63,284 nucleotides of DNA, filler included, from Perkinsus chesapeaki ATCC PRA-425 (GCA_013115145.1; 9 parts of 9 records of this genome joined end to end with filler, not necessarily neighbours in it), one strand, 5' to 3'; counted from the first letter of the whole stretch, positions 39,087-51,383 are shown. Numbers and translations are program-made. Notes: a model not told the origin generated them from the sequence alone.

Positions 39087-42000
39087 CGATAATTTATTAA
39101 GAACAACAAAGTAACACTACTACTTTGTATGAGCAATAGAAAAATGCTAACCTCAACACAGCTAGCCGCACAGCCTTTTCCCGGTCACCATAGGGAGACA
39201 GTCACACAATAATTGTGTCGGTTTGAAATAACCCAACCAAACGAATTTAAGGAGAAACACGTTAAGTTAAGCTTGCTCGAGCTTCCATTCAAGATCGTAT
39301 ACTCCAACAGAAGCATCATTGTCGGCATCATAATCACACCAATCATCACTCAAGTCCACATTCTCGAATACGGTACCTAACCAAACCTCGGTCACCAATT
39401 TGCCCACCATGGCTCACCACCTCCGGTGCTGATTGCCCTATATCCCGTGTGTGGATGCCACTTCGTTATCTCACACCCTCGACACTCGAATGCTATTAAG
39501 GGTACCTGATTCAGACAGATATATGGGAAATCATTTCGCCTAGATGCGATCGATATATAAAATTACACTGAAACCAAAAACCATGGCTAACCCCACCCGC
39601 AACATGATTCCCGTGTCTCCTAACTTGCCTAATATTCATCCCTTACCCATTTGTCACTATCATCAGCTGTATAGGTTTGATTAATCTTCATTTTCTTAAC
39701 ATTAGTCTGCACAATCGTTGCCTCCTTCTTCAAACCTTTAAAGTTTATAACCAAATTCGCAGTGCCACGAGAGCCGCTGACCTAATTGAAGAAAACACGT
39801 CTGTGGTGCCGGAAACCATACGATACTCATTCCTGTCCCACTCAAATCCGATATGCCGCCCCAATACGAAAGATAGCCTTTATGACATCTGTGAAGATTA
39901 AGGTAGACCCAGTTCCTGTACGTTCAATCGGTCGATACAGGAAAGCCACGAAGTGTCCGACAGTCACTCAAGCAGATCGAGCACCAAAACTGTCGGTCAT
40001 TGACGCTGAGACTTCCCACTATTGGTAGCCGACACATCACATTAGTTCGCACCCTTCACAGATGTAGGATAGGAGATTCGTTCGTGAACGGAAAGATAGA
40101 GCCCTTTCAGGCAGCATCTCCGCGTCTGCCCAGATTGCTGCCCATATGTGCAGCGAGTCTCTTCATCCAGACATCTAAGCCGGGCTTGCTGCTCTACTAT
40201 GCGGGTATCAGTTTCAAGGACAATAACCCAATCACAGTCAGGATTCAATATTAGTGGAGTCGGTGGTATGGTTAATAGACTTGCCTTAGTATGAGTACCT
40301 ATTAGCCTTAATGCTACTAATAATCTATCAGTTTGGTGCTCATGCTGTCCGACGGACAGTGCCCCTCGTCATAAGATCTTTATCGATAAGCAAGTGTCCA
40401 AAGATAGACTACAATAGCTGAGATGGCGTGTCGCTCCAAATAAGATGTACAGCCTGTCAAATAATAATATAATATCACGTTTTTTCGAAAATTCTCGTCT
40501 GGACGGGCTCGCCCGTGGTTCAAACTCGGATGGATATGTTCACATACTACTAGAAGCCTAGTGTTCAAGTTTTAAGTCTCATCTGGTTGATGAGAACTGG
40601 AGGTCACTTGGGAGAAAAGCTGCCAAATTGAAATAGAATAAACAGCTTAATTTCGACCTCAAAATCCAAGTCTTTACTAGGAAACCACGACCAGTCGGTC
40701 GAACTAAGTAATAATGTAGGTACCTATAGAAAGAGGAGGACCTCTTAGGAATATACCTCCAAAAGTATCACAGGAAACTGAACCACCAGTTTGAGCCCAT
40801 ACAGACGAGAATTTTCGAAAAAAGCGCGATATTATATTATTATTTAATCCAGGCTGCATACCCAACAACACTTGAGCCAAGACCAATGTTAAGTTCCATT
40901 CTAAGCCCACCCACCACCCTCCCAAGTAGCGTCAATCACTCTTAGCACGTGCGGTAACCAACTGTTAACCGAGGCTGGAAGCGGCTACGGAGTCGAGCTG
41001 CGGAGGTCATATAAGTCCTAATACACATGCCCTTAACTCTATATGGTACATGTTGTGACGCGAGTCTTGTGACGTCTTGTCCAAGCGAGAACCTCAAAGC
41101 CTTGCTTCAGCCTATTTCGTTCAAAGTTGAGATACCAGGAGAAGGTACCAATGTCGACCACAGCTAGGATGCATCCATCCCCAGAAGAGGCCCCGGGTTT
41201 GTAAGATGCACTTCGCTCCGTGAATAGAGCAACTATCACGGTAGACTATAAGGGGAGGTCATGTACATTATCTCCAATTACGTTACTAATTCAGGAATGG
41301 TCAGTATCAGGGGAATGCCGTTTATAGCTTATCTAAATGTCCTCTTCACTCTCCATCTGGCAGCTACTGCAGCAAACAGGACTCACGTCAACGAGACTGC
41401 TGTTGTCGATGTTTCATCCGTGATCTTGTTGGTTTTTCGCTATTGTTGTCCACAACTATGAGGTGTCCCGTGGTTTAATGCCCTATTACACGTCCTATGT
41501 TGGTTGAGTTCCTATACATTGTACTATATCCTTTTTATTATATTGTCTCTTTAGTTCTGACCTTCCCTCCCCATCCCCAGCACTACCTCTTCCTTATCCA
41601 TACAGTTAACCGTCACTCTTTCCCTGATCTCATCCGTATTAGTACCCGCTACGTCGAAGCACCTAATTAAACTATTACCATACAGTAAACATTGATTACT
41701 ATCACCAGTAGTGGTCAGTAGGAGCCGTCAGCTCCGATAGGCCATCCAGGTTGGCTTTCATATACAGTATTTGGATCACCATAATATAAAAGGACTGCGG
41801 GAATGCGTTCATGACCAGTATTATCGCTCTCCTGGAGTGAGCTGGTTCATAGCGACCTCACCGACGGCGACGACGACAGCGAATGACCGAGGGCCAATGA
41901 TTTAGAATTCCTACGACTTCCAAATTTCTAGCAAGTTGATTGTCTTAGCCATTCTCAGTTATTGGATTACCATATTTATTATTCTTCAAAGAACCCAACT

Positions 42001-42096
42001 CAATAATAAAGGAACGTCATTGGAAACACCACCACACCGGGGAAGCCGCCCATCATCCCATAGATACTGTATATCCCTCCTACATTATATCCCTCC

Positions 42097-42248
42097 TATA
42101 GTATCTCCCTCCTATAGTATCTCCCTCCTATAGTATCTCCCTCCTATAGTATCTCCCTCCTATAGTATCTCCCTCCTATAGTATCTCCCTCCTATAGTAT
42201 CTCCCTCCTATAGTATCTCCCTCCTATAGTATCTCCCTCCTATAGTAT
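42097..42248. repeat. 16-bp tandem repeat (TATAGTATCTCCCTCC) x9.5, runs into contig end
   Basis: Directly visible, with degenerate units just upstream. Confidence 0.95.
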
Positions 42249-42657
42249 NNNNNNNNNNNNNNNNNNNNNNNNNNNNNNNNNNNNNNNNNNNNTTAATTAA
42301 TTAANNNNNNNNNNNNNNNNNNNNNNNNNNNNNNNNNNNNNNNNNNNNTGTAATGATACTATGATAAATGATTTATGGCAATGGACAAGAAATATTATTA
42401 AACAAGTTCATGATAATAGACCAGTACCTCAAGGATCATTGATGCTGGATTAGAAGGACTTCTAGGACCCCCCCTGTTGAACCTGTTGAGAGTTTTTCCA
42501 TCCCACCTTGCCTTTCGCGCTAGTCCAATCAATCGGTCATCTTTCTGGTACGCACCGGAACTGGAGTCTTCCCTCAGAAATAGCTATGGAAGCCACCAAG
42601 ATGGCAGCTGCTTCCCCATGATCTTGGGCTCCTCCTCCTCCTCAGGTGGCTTTGTTG

Positions 42658-43803
42658 ATGGCTTTCCTCAATGGCCGCCCCTTCCTCGGCTCTATCTTGG
42701 CGCTTGTCGTGCTGGTTGTAGGCATACTACTGGCGACCTTCGACATGATAGGTACCCGAGGACTTCTGCCGGTCAGACTTCGAACCGCTCTCAACACTCT
42801 GCCACTGTTCAATTCGGACCGGCACTTCCATATTACCGATATGCCCGATGACTTACACAACATTACCATCCTCATCACTGGAGCCTCCAGTGGCATTGGT
42901 CACGAAGCTGCTAGACTAGTGGCAGACAGGGGCGCCAAGGTTATACTGGGTACAAGAGGGACGCTTGACAGGCTCAAGAGCATACAGCAGGAGCTTGGCG
43001 ATCGAGTCCTGGTGCCGGCTCCGCTTGACCTTGGAAGCTTCCAGTCTATCAGGAATTTCGTGGGCTCCTTGGCTCCGGCTGGGATTGATAAGATTGACCT
43101 AGTTCTCCTGAATGCTGGCAAAATGATTTTCTCATACGAGGAGGGTGAGCTTGGCATCGAGCGAATGCTGGCAGTTCATCACATCGGCCACGCGTATCTG
43201 TTCGAGCTCCTCATGCCAGTCATGCTATCGAGCCCACGACCCAACGTCCGTGTAGTGTTCGTGTCAAGCTCAGCGCATGCTTTCTCTTATCCGGAAGGTA
43301 TCCGGTTCAATTCCTCCCCCGAGTCGTTTGGTATTTATTTCCAAGCCTACGCCAATAGCAAGCTTGCCAATGCTCTCTATGTCCGTGCTTTATCACATCG
43401 CCTCGAGGCTGCCTATCCCACCAAGTTCATCATCACTGCCGTGAACCCTGGCGCGGTAACAACACCCTTCGCCTGGTACCAGCGCTACGTCCCTTCCTCA
43501 TTCTCGGCCAGCCCTCAAGATGGCGCCCTGTCGGTTCTCAGCCCTTTGCTGCTATCAGAAGTTGACACCGATGGGTAGGCACCTTTGATGAGAGTGGTGC
43601 AACTATTTGGCCTCCTCAGGTACTACGATCCTCTTGGCCTTCGACTAGACTGGACTCTTGATACGGCATATTGGTGGACATGCGATTCAAGTCTTCAGGA
43701 CAGGCTCTGGCAGTGGACATGCGAAGTAGTTTCTAGGGCTCACCAGAACGAAACGGTAGTGCCAGAAGGTTCGCTAATATTAGATCATAATCGTAGCCAC
43801 TGA
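42658..43803 (+). CDS. Membrane-anchored SDR (retinol dehydrogenase-like), one 3' intron; start uncertain
   Basis: N-terminal hydrophobic helix, TGASSGIG, LDLGS, LNAG, VSSSAH, YANSK, VNPGAVTT. The intron after 43575 joins a last exon ending at 43803. Confidence 0.9.
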
Positions 43804-43942
43804 CTTGTTATCATCTCGGCTTCTTTCTGGGCTCTTTCCTTTGGCACTGCCCCGTTCCGCGTTTGCCCCCCCCGTCTGCTGTGCACCGAGGTCTCCGAGC
43901 CGGTCCTTGAAGGTTTTGTGTATTTTTCTTCCAATGATTGGT

Positions 43943-44367
43943 ATGTATCGCAGCGTCCTCAATCGCGGACTCTTCCGCGCCTTCTGCACCGCGCCAGCGA
44001 CAGCAAAGGCCACAGAGGCTGCAGCCGCCAGTACTGCTGCCAAGGCAGCAGTGGCGTCGGCCAGTAGGGCTCGGTCGGGCCCGGGCCTATTTGCTAGGAT
44101 GAGAAGCTTCACTGGTGGCTTCACTCTGGCATCGGCTATTGGCTTTTATCTTATATTCGTGCAGCTTCAGGGAATGACTGATGAGGTAATGCCACCCAGA
44201 GGCATACGGCGGTATCCAGGCTACAGGTTCGATCGGCCGTCCACGACGTTGCTGTGAGGCAGGCCCGTCTAGAGGACAAGGTCCGTAAAATAGAGTCGTC
44301 CTCGTCAGCAGCAGCAGTAACAGTAACGGGCTCTTCTGCGCCACAGCAGGCTGAGGGGAGGGACTAA
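43943..44367 (+). CDS. Small single-TM protein with mitochondrial-presequence-like N-terminus (2 exons)
   Basis: MYRSVLNRGLFRAFCTA..., Ala-rich linker, hydrophobic FTGGFTLASAIGFYLIFVQL, then a 41-nt GT-AG intron and VRSAVHDVAVRQARLEDKVRKIE. Confidence 0.6.
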
Positions 44368-44460
44368 GCGCTAGGGGGAGCAGTGTTGTCGACGACTTAT
44401 TTTGTCTCATGCCGGCTGTGTTGGGTTGGCTGGGGGAGCTCACTGAAAGTCAGTTTTTGT

Positions 44461-45114
44461 ATGTCGTCCTTTACCTATGTAACTGACAGTATAATTTCAG
44501 CTGAGTCTGAGGAGGACATCGAATGGTTGGCTGCACCAGAGGACGCTCCTTGCAGCACTATGGACGGGCCATTGGTAGTGTACTGTGGGGGGAAGTGTAA
44601 TACCTGCCGGCGGAGCGAAGCATTTCATATTGCTGTTCACGCGGCTGGGGAAAAGGGCTCTGGTCTGTTTGCCACAAGCAGAATCGAGAAAGGGAAAATT
44701 GTCGCCTACTACGCCGGGGAGTTGCTGTCTTCGCGGGAGGCAGCCCGCCGAGCCGAAGAGGCGCGGTCGAGCGGAATTGCGGACAACTACCTCCTCAGTG
44801 TCTGTGAGCATTTCCCGGCCCCCATTGGCCAGGTGTGGACTCATGTCGATGCCCGGTACTTCGGGTCCCTGGGGAGGTTTGCCAATCACCGTTGTGGTGG
44901 AGGTAACACTGAACCTAGTGTGGCACGTAGGCCTGGCGGTGGGCTGCCCATGGTGGTGCTGGTCTCCAGGAAGGAGATCAATGCTGGTGAGGAGATCACG
45001 TTCGACTACGGCAGCGGGACGGCACTCCCCACTGAAGGAGAGTACCGGCGGCGATGCCTTTGTGGTTCGCCAGACTGTATCGGTGTATTGCCTTTCCACG
45101 GTATCGACATTTAG
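44461..45114 (+). CDS. SET-domain lysine methyltransferase with post-SET cysteines, SETMAR-SET-like, intronless
   Basis: KGSGLFA, YAGELL, NYLLSVCEH, VDARYFGSLGRFANHRC, EEITFDYG, CLCGSPDC. Confidence 0.9.
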   Translation: MSSFTYVTDSIISAESEEDIEWLAAPEDAPCSTMDGPLVVYCGGKCNTCRRSEAFHIAVHAAGEKGSGLFATSRIEKGKIVAYYAGELLSSREAARRAEEARSSGIADNYLLSVCEHFPAPIGQVWTHVDARYFGSLGRFANHRCGGGNTEPSVARRPGGGLPMVVLVSRKEINAGEEITFDYGSGTALPTEGEYRRRCLCGSPDCIGVLPFHGIDI

Positions 45115-45398
45115 CCCTGTTCCCACCTCCATAGGGTTGTGTTTGCAGTACAGGTGGTTCCCATGGCTGGTAGGAGGTGATGAGAATGTTTTTAAAGGCA
45201 GAGGAGGAGGACGACTGGTTGGATGGCATCGAAGATAACGACGAGTTCATCCAGCCGCCCCCGCTGCCGGTCTTTGCAGTACAGCGCAACGTTCTTCTTA
45301 CAGGCGGAGCGTAAGGCCGATAAGTCGCAGCCGATCCGCAGCCGGCTTCCTTTAGGCCCCATGCCGACACGGTCTGGCAGTCTCCACTAGTTACCCTG

Positions 45399-46518
45399 GT
45401 GACCATACTAACCCTCGGGCTTTGGCTGCAGCTCCACTGCCCAGTATGGCATGATGATCATTCGACGACCTTGAGGAAGGTCACATTCAACGTACTTCTG
45501 CCTTGCTATGTCCTCCAGTCCATGTGGGGTGCTTCACCGATCGATACGACTTTGCTGCCGGTTGCTGCCTACTCCTTGGGAATCCACACTGTCATGTCTG
45601 TGGTGACGCTACTTCTATTCATTCGGATAGCCGACCGTCAGATTCGTGGCTGGCTCAGTATGAGCGTTCAAGGGGCTTTACTAAGCTTCCTCTACCCTCG
45701 GCTTGCTGCTGATCCCCGCTTCGGTGAGAGAGCGGTGGCCACCTGCCTTCTGTGGGATATAGGCGGTAACGTATGGGTGTGCCAAGGGCTCCTCTGGGCC
45801 ACTGCAGCGTACTTTGCCCCGCGTGTCGGAGGCAGCTCTCATCTGCCAGAGTTGGACACGTCCATGCACGTCATGGAGAACCCCGCCAAGACTGAAGGCG
45901 ACGATGGGCACCATCATCGTGAAGGTCCAGTGAAGCTGCGAAGGCGAGCGTCTGGAATATCTTGGTGGCCGATAATGATGAGTGTTCTTATCCAGCCTAT
46001 ACTACCGGCCTTTGTGATAGGGCTCCTCTGCAACCTCTACAGTGTAGCTTCTCCTGAACCAATGGCTGCGGCCCTACACACTTTAGGCTTAGCTTTCAAG
46101 CCATGCCTTTACCTTCTTATTGGCGTATATTCTGCAAAGATTCGGCCGTCAGATATTCGCGCCATGAGAATGGTCACCGCCGCTGTATGCGTTAGGCTCA
46201 TGTTGATGGGCGTTTTAGCGAGCTTGCTTTGGATGTGGCTGCCGATGAGATCCTTGCCTCGAGCGACACTAGTCCTCGCTGTCCTGTCACCGGCCAGTAC
46301 GATGGTCATGTACCTTTGCGCACAAGTAGGAAGCATCCACCAGTTGAGTTCTACAGCTCCCCTGCTGCTTGCTCAGTTTGGCTACCCGGAGCGATTTGTG
46401 AGCATGTCGGCACTACTGAGCATCGTCAGGTAAGCCGTATGCCACCGTGTCTTTAATTACCTTCTTCAGCGTCTTCATCAGCTTCATGATTCAACACCTC
46501 ATCATGGAGCTTTACTGA
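45399..46518 (+). CDS. Multi-pass membrane transporter, AEC/PIN-like family; 5' end may extend to about 45190
   Basis: Two hydrophobic halves separated by a polar loop. Motifs VTFNVLLPC, LLWDIGGN, IQPILPAFVIG, VLAVLSPAS. Short introns near the 3' end. Confidence 0.65.
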
Positions 46519-46737
46519 CGATCCCTATACTCTATACGCTTGTTGTACCATGTCCAGCCGTAATGTGTTTCCTAATGTCATTGTAACAGTTATGTGTTTA
46601 ATAAGTCTACAAACACAATACAAGAAGGACAAGGAATATTAGTAAGGGACGGTCCCTGGCTAAAGCAGGGGCCATAATACACGTAATTAAGGTCCGACTG
46701 ACCTTTAGTAAATCTTGAGTAACATAATAAACGTCAA

Positions 46738-47664
46738 TTAAGCAAGTAATGTACTGAGAAGGGTGATGGCTAAGGTGAGAGGCAAGACGCTACCGATACC
46801 ATGAGCCGAGGAGGGGTCCGATGCTGAGTCGCTCTCATCATCACCAGAGTTGTCATCAGTATAGTCTATGGTAGACTTGCAGTCCGTCTTACCATCAGTG
46901 ACTTGCTTACTGTATGAGAAGGGCGAGTCGGTAGCATGGATGTCCATCTCGAGTAGGGGGACACATGCATCGGGATAGGATTGTAGGAAGGTGTGGTAGG
47001 CGTCGATAGTATCGTTCAACTTATCTGCACCTTTAACGTAGAAGAACGCCTCGATGCTATCGGGAAGATTGTCGAGCCAGGGGGTAGTGTCCAGGACGAC
47101 TTCATTGTAGACGCCTTCTTGGTGCTCAAACATCTGCTTCAAATCATCTGGGCCCCACCAGCATACCCCATAGTCCTCAACACCTGCCTTAACATCCAAC
47201 ACACAAGAGTTGTTAGTTTGTCGTTGTTCACAGGCAGTGTCACCCTGATGGCATCCGCACCCACGATTCGAACGATCGTCGGTGCCGCCGTCTTGAGAGT
47301 AGGCGCACATAACGGTGGACTTCTGCGGGTTGAAGATGATACCGCCGACTGATGTCGAGTAGACTGGGATACTTCCATCCTTCTCATCCCTTGTCTGATT
47401 GTTGCTTATCAACGTACAGGCACGGTCACCGGTCGTATCACAGCCACTGTAGTGGTGGGCGGCGCACTCTTCGGGGGTGTAGGGCCTCCACGGCTCTCCA
47501 AGCTCGACGGCGTGAGCTGGGCTGAAGTGGTGTAGTATAACACCCGAAGCTGTAAGGTCATCGGTCGCATGGCCATGTATGAATCTCTCGTTGACATCAT
47601 CGACAACTGTTCGGCTTTGTGCGACAGCGCTGACTAAGACAGTAGTAAGTAAGAAACGAGACAT
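46738..47664 (-). CDS. Secreted, probably GPI-anchored, Cys-rich protein of unknown function (308 aa, intronless)
   Basis: Signal-like MSRFLLTTVLVSAVAQS, globular core (GVILHHF, GGIIFNP, CAYSQDGG, YNEVVLD, WLDNLPDSIEAFF), Ser/Asp linker, hydrophobic C-terminal tail. Confidence 0.85.
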   Translation of the reverse strand: MSRFLLTTVLVSAVAQSRTVVDDVNERFIHGHATDDLTASGVILHHFSPAHAVELGEPWRPYTPEECAAHHYSGCDTTGDRACTLISNNQTRDEKDGSIPVYSTSVGGIIFNPQKSTVMCAYSQDGGTDDRSNRGCGCHQGDTACEQRQTNNSCVLDVKAGVEDYGVCWWGPDDLKQMFEHQEGVYNEVVLDTTPWLDNLPDSIEAFFYVKGADKLNDTIDAYHTFLQSYPDACVPLLEMDIHATDSPFSYSKQVTDGKTDCKSTIDYTDDNSGDDESDSASDPSSAHGIGSVLPLTLAITLLSTLLA

Positions 47665-48501
47665 GAAATTGAAAGGAACGAATCGGAGTAAATGCTAGGA
47701 GGAATATCAAGGCCACGCTATTCAAGGACTCATTCCGAAAAGATACCGCAAGAGCTATCCATAATCCAATCGAAGATCCAGCAATTAGTGGTAGCAGAGC
47801 TCACTCCGAGACACAACAGCACCCCGAGCAAAAGACTGCGTCTTTAAGACTCCTGCGATAGCGAGCCAGAGTTTAGCTATCGTCCCTCCTACACAACAAC
47901 ATTGTGACAATGTCGGGATTGTGTTATTTGTAGTTTACAGACCGTTGGTGCCTGTTGCTCTTCTATACAGCAGCCCCCTTCTCACAGTGAGATCATCTAT
48001 GCTGCTGCTATGCATGCCCCAACGTACGTACGTATGCTCTGCACGGCGTTCACTAGTCGATCTTTCCTCAACCATTCACTTCATCGAGCGCACGCGTGCA
48101 GATGATGTCTCTCATCGCAACCGGAGCCGGACGAAGGTATCTAATCTTGGACCATGCACTTGCGATGTTTTCAACAATTGCATGCCCACTATCTCAGTAA
48201 TCTCGGCACTATGCAAGTGTACCGTTTTCACTGAATAGCTCGACGAGCTCGTGTAGCTTATTACTCGGGACCCGGTTGTGTCGAGCTGTCCCGTATGGGC
48301 ACAAGATAGGGATCATTTCCGGGCAGGTTCGCGTCTCTGTATTCGAGAGGGGTGAAATGCGGACAACTATGTAACGCGACACACAGAGACCGTTATACGT
48401 ATGGGAACACAGTCCAAAGGGTTGCTGTCTCGAGAAATGACTATACAAAGATCGGTACTCTTGGCCATCCGGGGCCGAGGGGATCAGGGACTACAACGTA
48501 G

Positions 48502-48885
48502 CTACCACATGCAACTGAGCACGAAAGCAACGCCGGTGATGACTGTAAGAATTGACATCGAGCTTCCTTTCGCAGAAGAAAGCTGAGTCGAGCTGGAGGG
48601 GCATCCGGCCTCCTCCGGTGATGAATAGTTTGACAGAGTAAATGGAGAATCTTCGGCACTGATATTCAACTCAACCAGTGGAACGTTAACCTCTGGATAT
48701 TGCGCCTTGAAAGTTCCATAAGCGCTGAGCGTATCACAAAGCTCGGCAGCTCCTGGAATATAAAAGAAAGCGTCGATGCTGTGCGGCAGGTTATCCAGCC
48801 AAGGGTCGGTATCTGCTGTTCCGTAGAACTGTAACCAACTCAAACGCGCAAAGCAATAAACCAGATACTTGTCCTTTGAGGCCTG
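48502..48885 (-). CDS. 3' part of a tandem paralogue of 46738-47664 (with an apparent intron)
   Basis: PWLDNLPHSIDAFFY...YPEVNVPLVELNISAEDSPF...hydrophobic tail. GT-AG intron candidate at about 48830-48870. Cut by the linker. Confidence 0.8.
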   Translation of the reverse strand, partial: QASKDKYLVYCFARLSWLQFYGTADTDPWLDNLPHSIDAFFYIPGAAELCDTLSAYGTFKAQYPEVNVPLVELNISAEDSPFTLSNYSSPEEAGCPSSSTQLSSAKGSSMSILTVITGVAFVLSCMW

Positions 48886-49385
48886 NNNNNNNNNNNNNNN
48901 NNNNNNNNNNNNNNNNNNNNNNNNNNNNNTTAATTAATTAANNNNNNNNNNNNNNNNNNNNNNNNNNNNNNNNNNNNNNNNNNNNCGACGTGCTGTCCGT
49001 GCACGCGTGCCGCTTATTGACGACCACAACTAAACTTGTCTACTTCGTAAACCTCACGCATTACGCTGCATTTTTATCAATGCATTTACACGACGATCAC
49101 GTCAAAGCTCAGAGTGTCGCTTCCTTCAATTCTTGATAAGCCTTGCCGTCGACTGCTACTCCGTTCTCTGTTGAAATGATTGGAGAGATACTGGTCTTGA
49201 AAACCTTACTGGGCTTGCGTTGATTTTCAACGGTTGATCTTCGGTAAGATTCGCAGTGACAAACTGGCTCGATAGTGAGCCATACATTTGGATACCGAGA
49301 TGTTGTATACTACGTAATGCGCTGCCGTATCCTATGGCCGTCGAACGGCCGCCGTTCTATAAGGACATGAAGTGAGGCCCATCAG

Positions 49386-49407
49386 TAACTGAGTCAGTTA
49401 AACTGAC
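49386..49407. other. Zig-zag +14-nt scar (target TAACTGAC)
   Basis: t-AACTGA-g-TCAGTT-a-AACTGA-c. Confidence 0.85.
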
Positions 49408-50399
49408 GAAGAGCCTCTTCGGACGAGGACTCAATCTTCATTACAAGCAGGCGCGTTGCATGCTAGAGAGCTGCCCGCCAGCTGGCTAGTGACTAGCAGG
49501 GCCCCTCTTCGTGATAGGCGTTAAGTGATAGAGAACGAGAAGCGATATCTGTGATTCACAGATATCGCTTCAGACAGGCTTCAGAAGCCAAATTGGACTG
49601 TACAACTCCTCCGAAGAAAGATGATAAAACAGATGGAACTCAGTATCACTGGGCAGTAACAAGAGGATCCTGTTTTGTTCACACTATTTTCAACAATGCT
49701 TGTCACTGTATTTTCCTCCGGACGCTAGAAATGCGTTGTTGAAGCATTATAAGAATATTTGAAATAATTAATTTAACACTCGCTATTTTTGCCAAATAGT
49801 TTCTGGGCAGAGCAGCTGAAAATCCCACTTGCGGCTGCTGGTGGATCCGCTAGAGTAAAGATTTGAGTTTGGATTCCGCTAGAGTTTGGATTCCAAACGC
49901 GTTTTAAATATTCGTGGTCAACTTGTAGGGCCAATTTACTCGGGCCATACGACCGTATGCGGAGACAGCTCTTGTGTCCGCGCTGTGCGCGGCTAGTGAG
50001 TGCTGCAATGCGCGGTCAGAGGTGACAACGGGATAGTCACCCCTTTTTCAGTTATTTTAAGTTTTAATCATTATAACCTCCCGCCCACCCGAGCGATGTG
50101 CCGAGCTTCCGCTGGTAGTGTGCGCCCGCGGCGCCCGGCACATTTGGGCCGTGTGACAGCTATCGCTGTTGGCGCGCCCCCGCGCCCCACCGCTCGGGAG
50201 GAAGGGCAGAGAGTAACCATACTCACTCTGTTTCCTGGATTTTCTGGGAGGCTTCCACTGGGAGCTAAAGGGCTTCTTCGCGGCGTTCTATTATACTCAN
50301 NNNNNNNNNNNNNNNNNNNNNNNNNNNNNNNNNNNNNNNNNNNTTAATTAATTAANNNNNNNNNNNNNNNNNNNNNNNNNNNNNNNNNNNNNNNNNNNN

Positions 50400-51262
50400 G
50401 CAAATAAAAGTGATAAGCCTCGCGACCTTTATCGAACAGTTGTTGTGCGTAACTATTGGTCTCCCCGAACAAATTAATCAAATTAGCAGAGAAATATGTG
50501 AGGTCCTTAGGGAAAGCAGTTTTGTTGTCCCCACTGGCCAGTTCAAGTTTATCTGCGACTTTGAGTGCCTTGTCGGTTAAACTCAGATAGTCTGCAAACT
50601 TAACTGTTTTGTTAAGTTTGCAAAACAAAACTGGTCTGCTTGCCCCACACAGCATCCATCAGACCTAGAGCTCTTTTGTCCAACTTGCCCTGATCATAGA
50701 CTCTCAAGCCCAACTCGCCCTGCCATACGATATAACGGCTACGAGAATAAGAAAACCAACCCAATGAATTGTTAGAACTAGCAACTGCTCTCCAGGCACG
50801 TTGCGGAGCCCCACCATTTCTAGCTTGCGTACGATTGAGAATCATCAGATCCGGAACTTGGACATCGACCGAGTTGCCTTGCCTAAAGCTGTGCAACGAC
50901 TCGTTATCCCCGATATTGATAACTGGAACATAGGAGAAGGCTTGAACCAGCCCAGCACCAGGAGTGCCAGCCTTCAATAACAGCGAGCCCCAACTACTCC
51001 CATAACCATAGCACATAGGGGTAACTTTCTTACCCTTAGAGACAGGAATTGGAGTATCGGCACGAGTTAAACTTGACTCTGGAACGTAGAACAAGCAATT
51101 CTCAGCAACAGTTGTATTATGAGTCACCAGCCCACATTCATTAGAGACTTTCACCCAGTTACGAGGCATCGCAGCCAGACAAGGCCCCAAGTTTAACAAA
51201 CCTTCAACCAAATCGCTATCAACAGCTAGCCTGTTCATATTCACGTCAAACGGACCTTCCAA
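50400..51262 (-). CDS. Orphan intronless ORF (216 aa) apparently continuing in a shifted frame to the contig end
   Basis: ORFs 50612..51262 and 50400..50655 overlap in different frames. Composition is protein-like, no family recognised. Confidence 0.4.
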
Positions 51263-51361
51263 TCAGGGTTTTTGCCAGGAATTTTGGCCGGCGCGCCTCA
51301 GGTAGCGCTCGCAAATGGTCACGCGCCTTTAAAATCAAGAGTATTGATTCAAGCCTGTATC

Positions 51362-51383
51362 GATCGAGCCTCGATAATCGAGG
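51362..51383. other. Zig-zag +14-nt scar (target GATCGAGG)
   Basis: g-ATCGAG-c-CTCGAT-a-ATCGAG-g (one spacer deviates from the rule). Confidence 0.8.

Noticed and set aside
40871-40990. Two halves of the Perkinsus/dinoflagellate spliced leader on the minus strand (CCGTAGCC at 40983-40990 and TCTTGGCTCAAG at 40871-40882)
   Set aside because: The halves are about 100 nt apart, there is no GT donor after the 3' half and no Sm site was seen. Matches of 8 and 12 nt are weak.
44497-45406. Long overlapping ORFs (211, 217 and 136 aa) around the SET gene
   Set aside because: Alternative-frame shadows of a GC-rich CDS.
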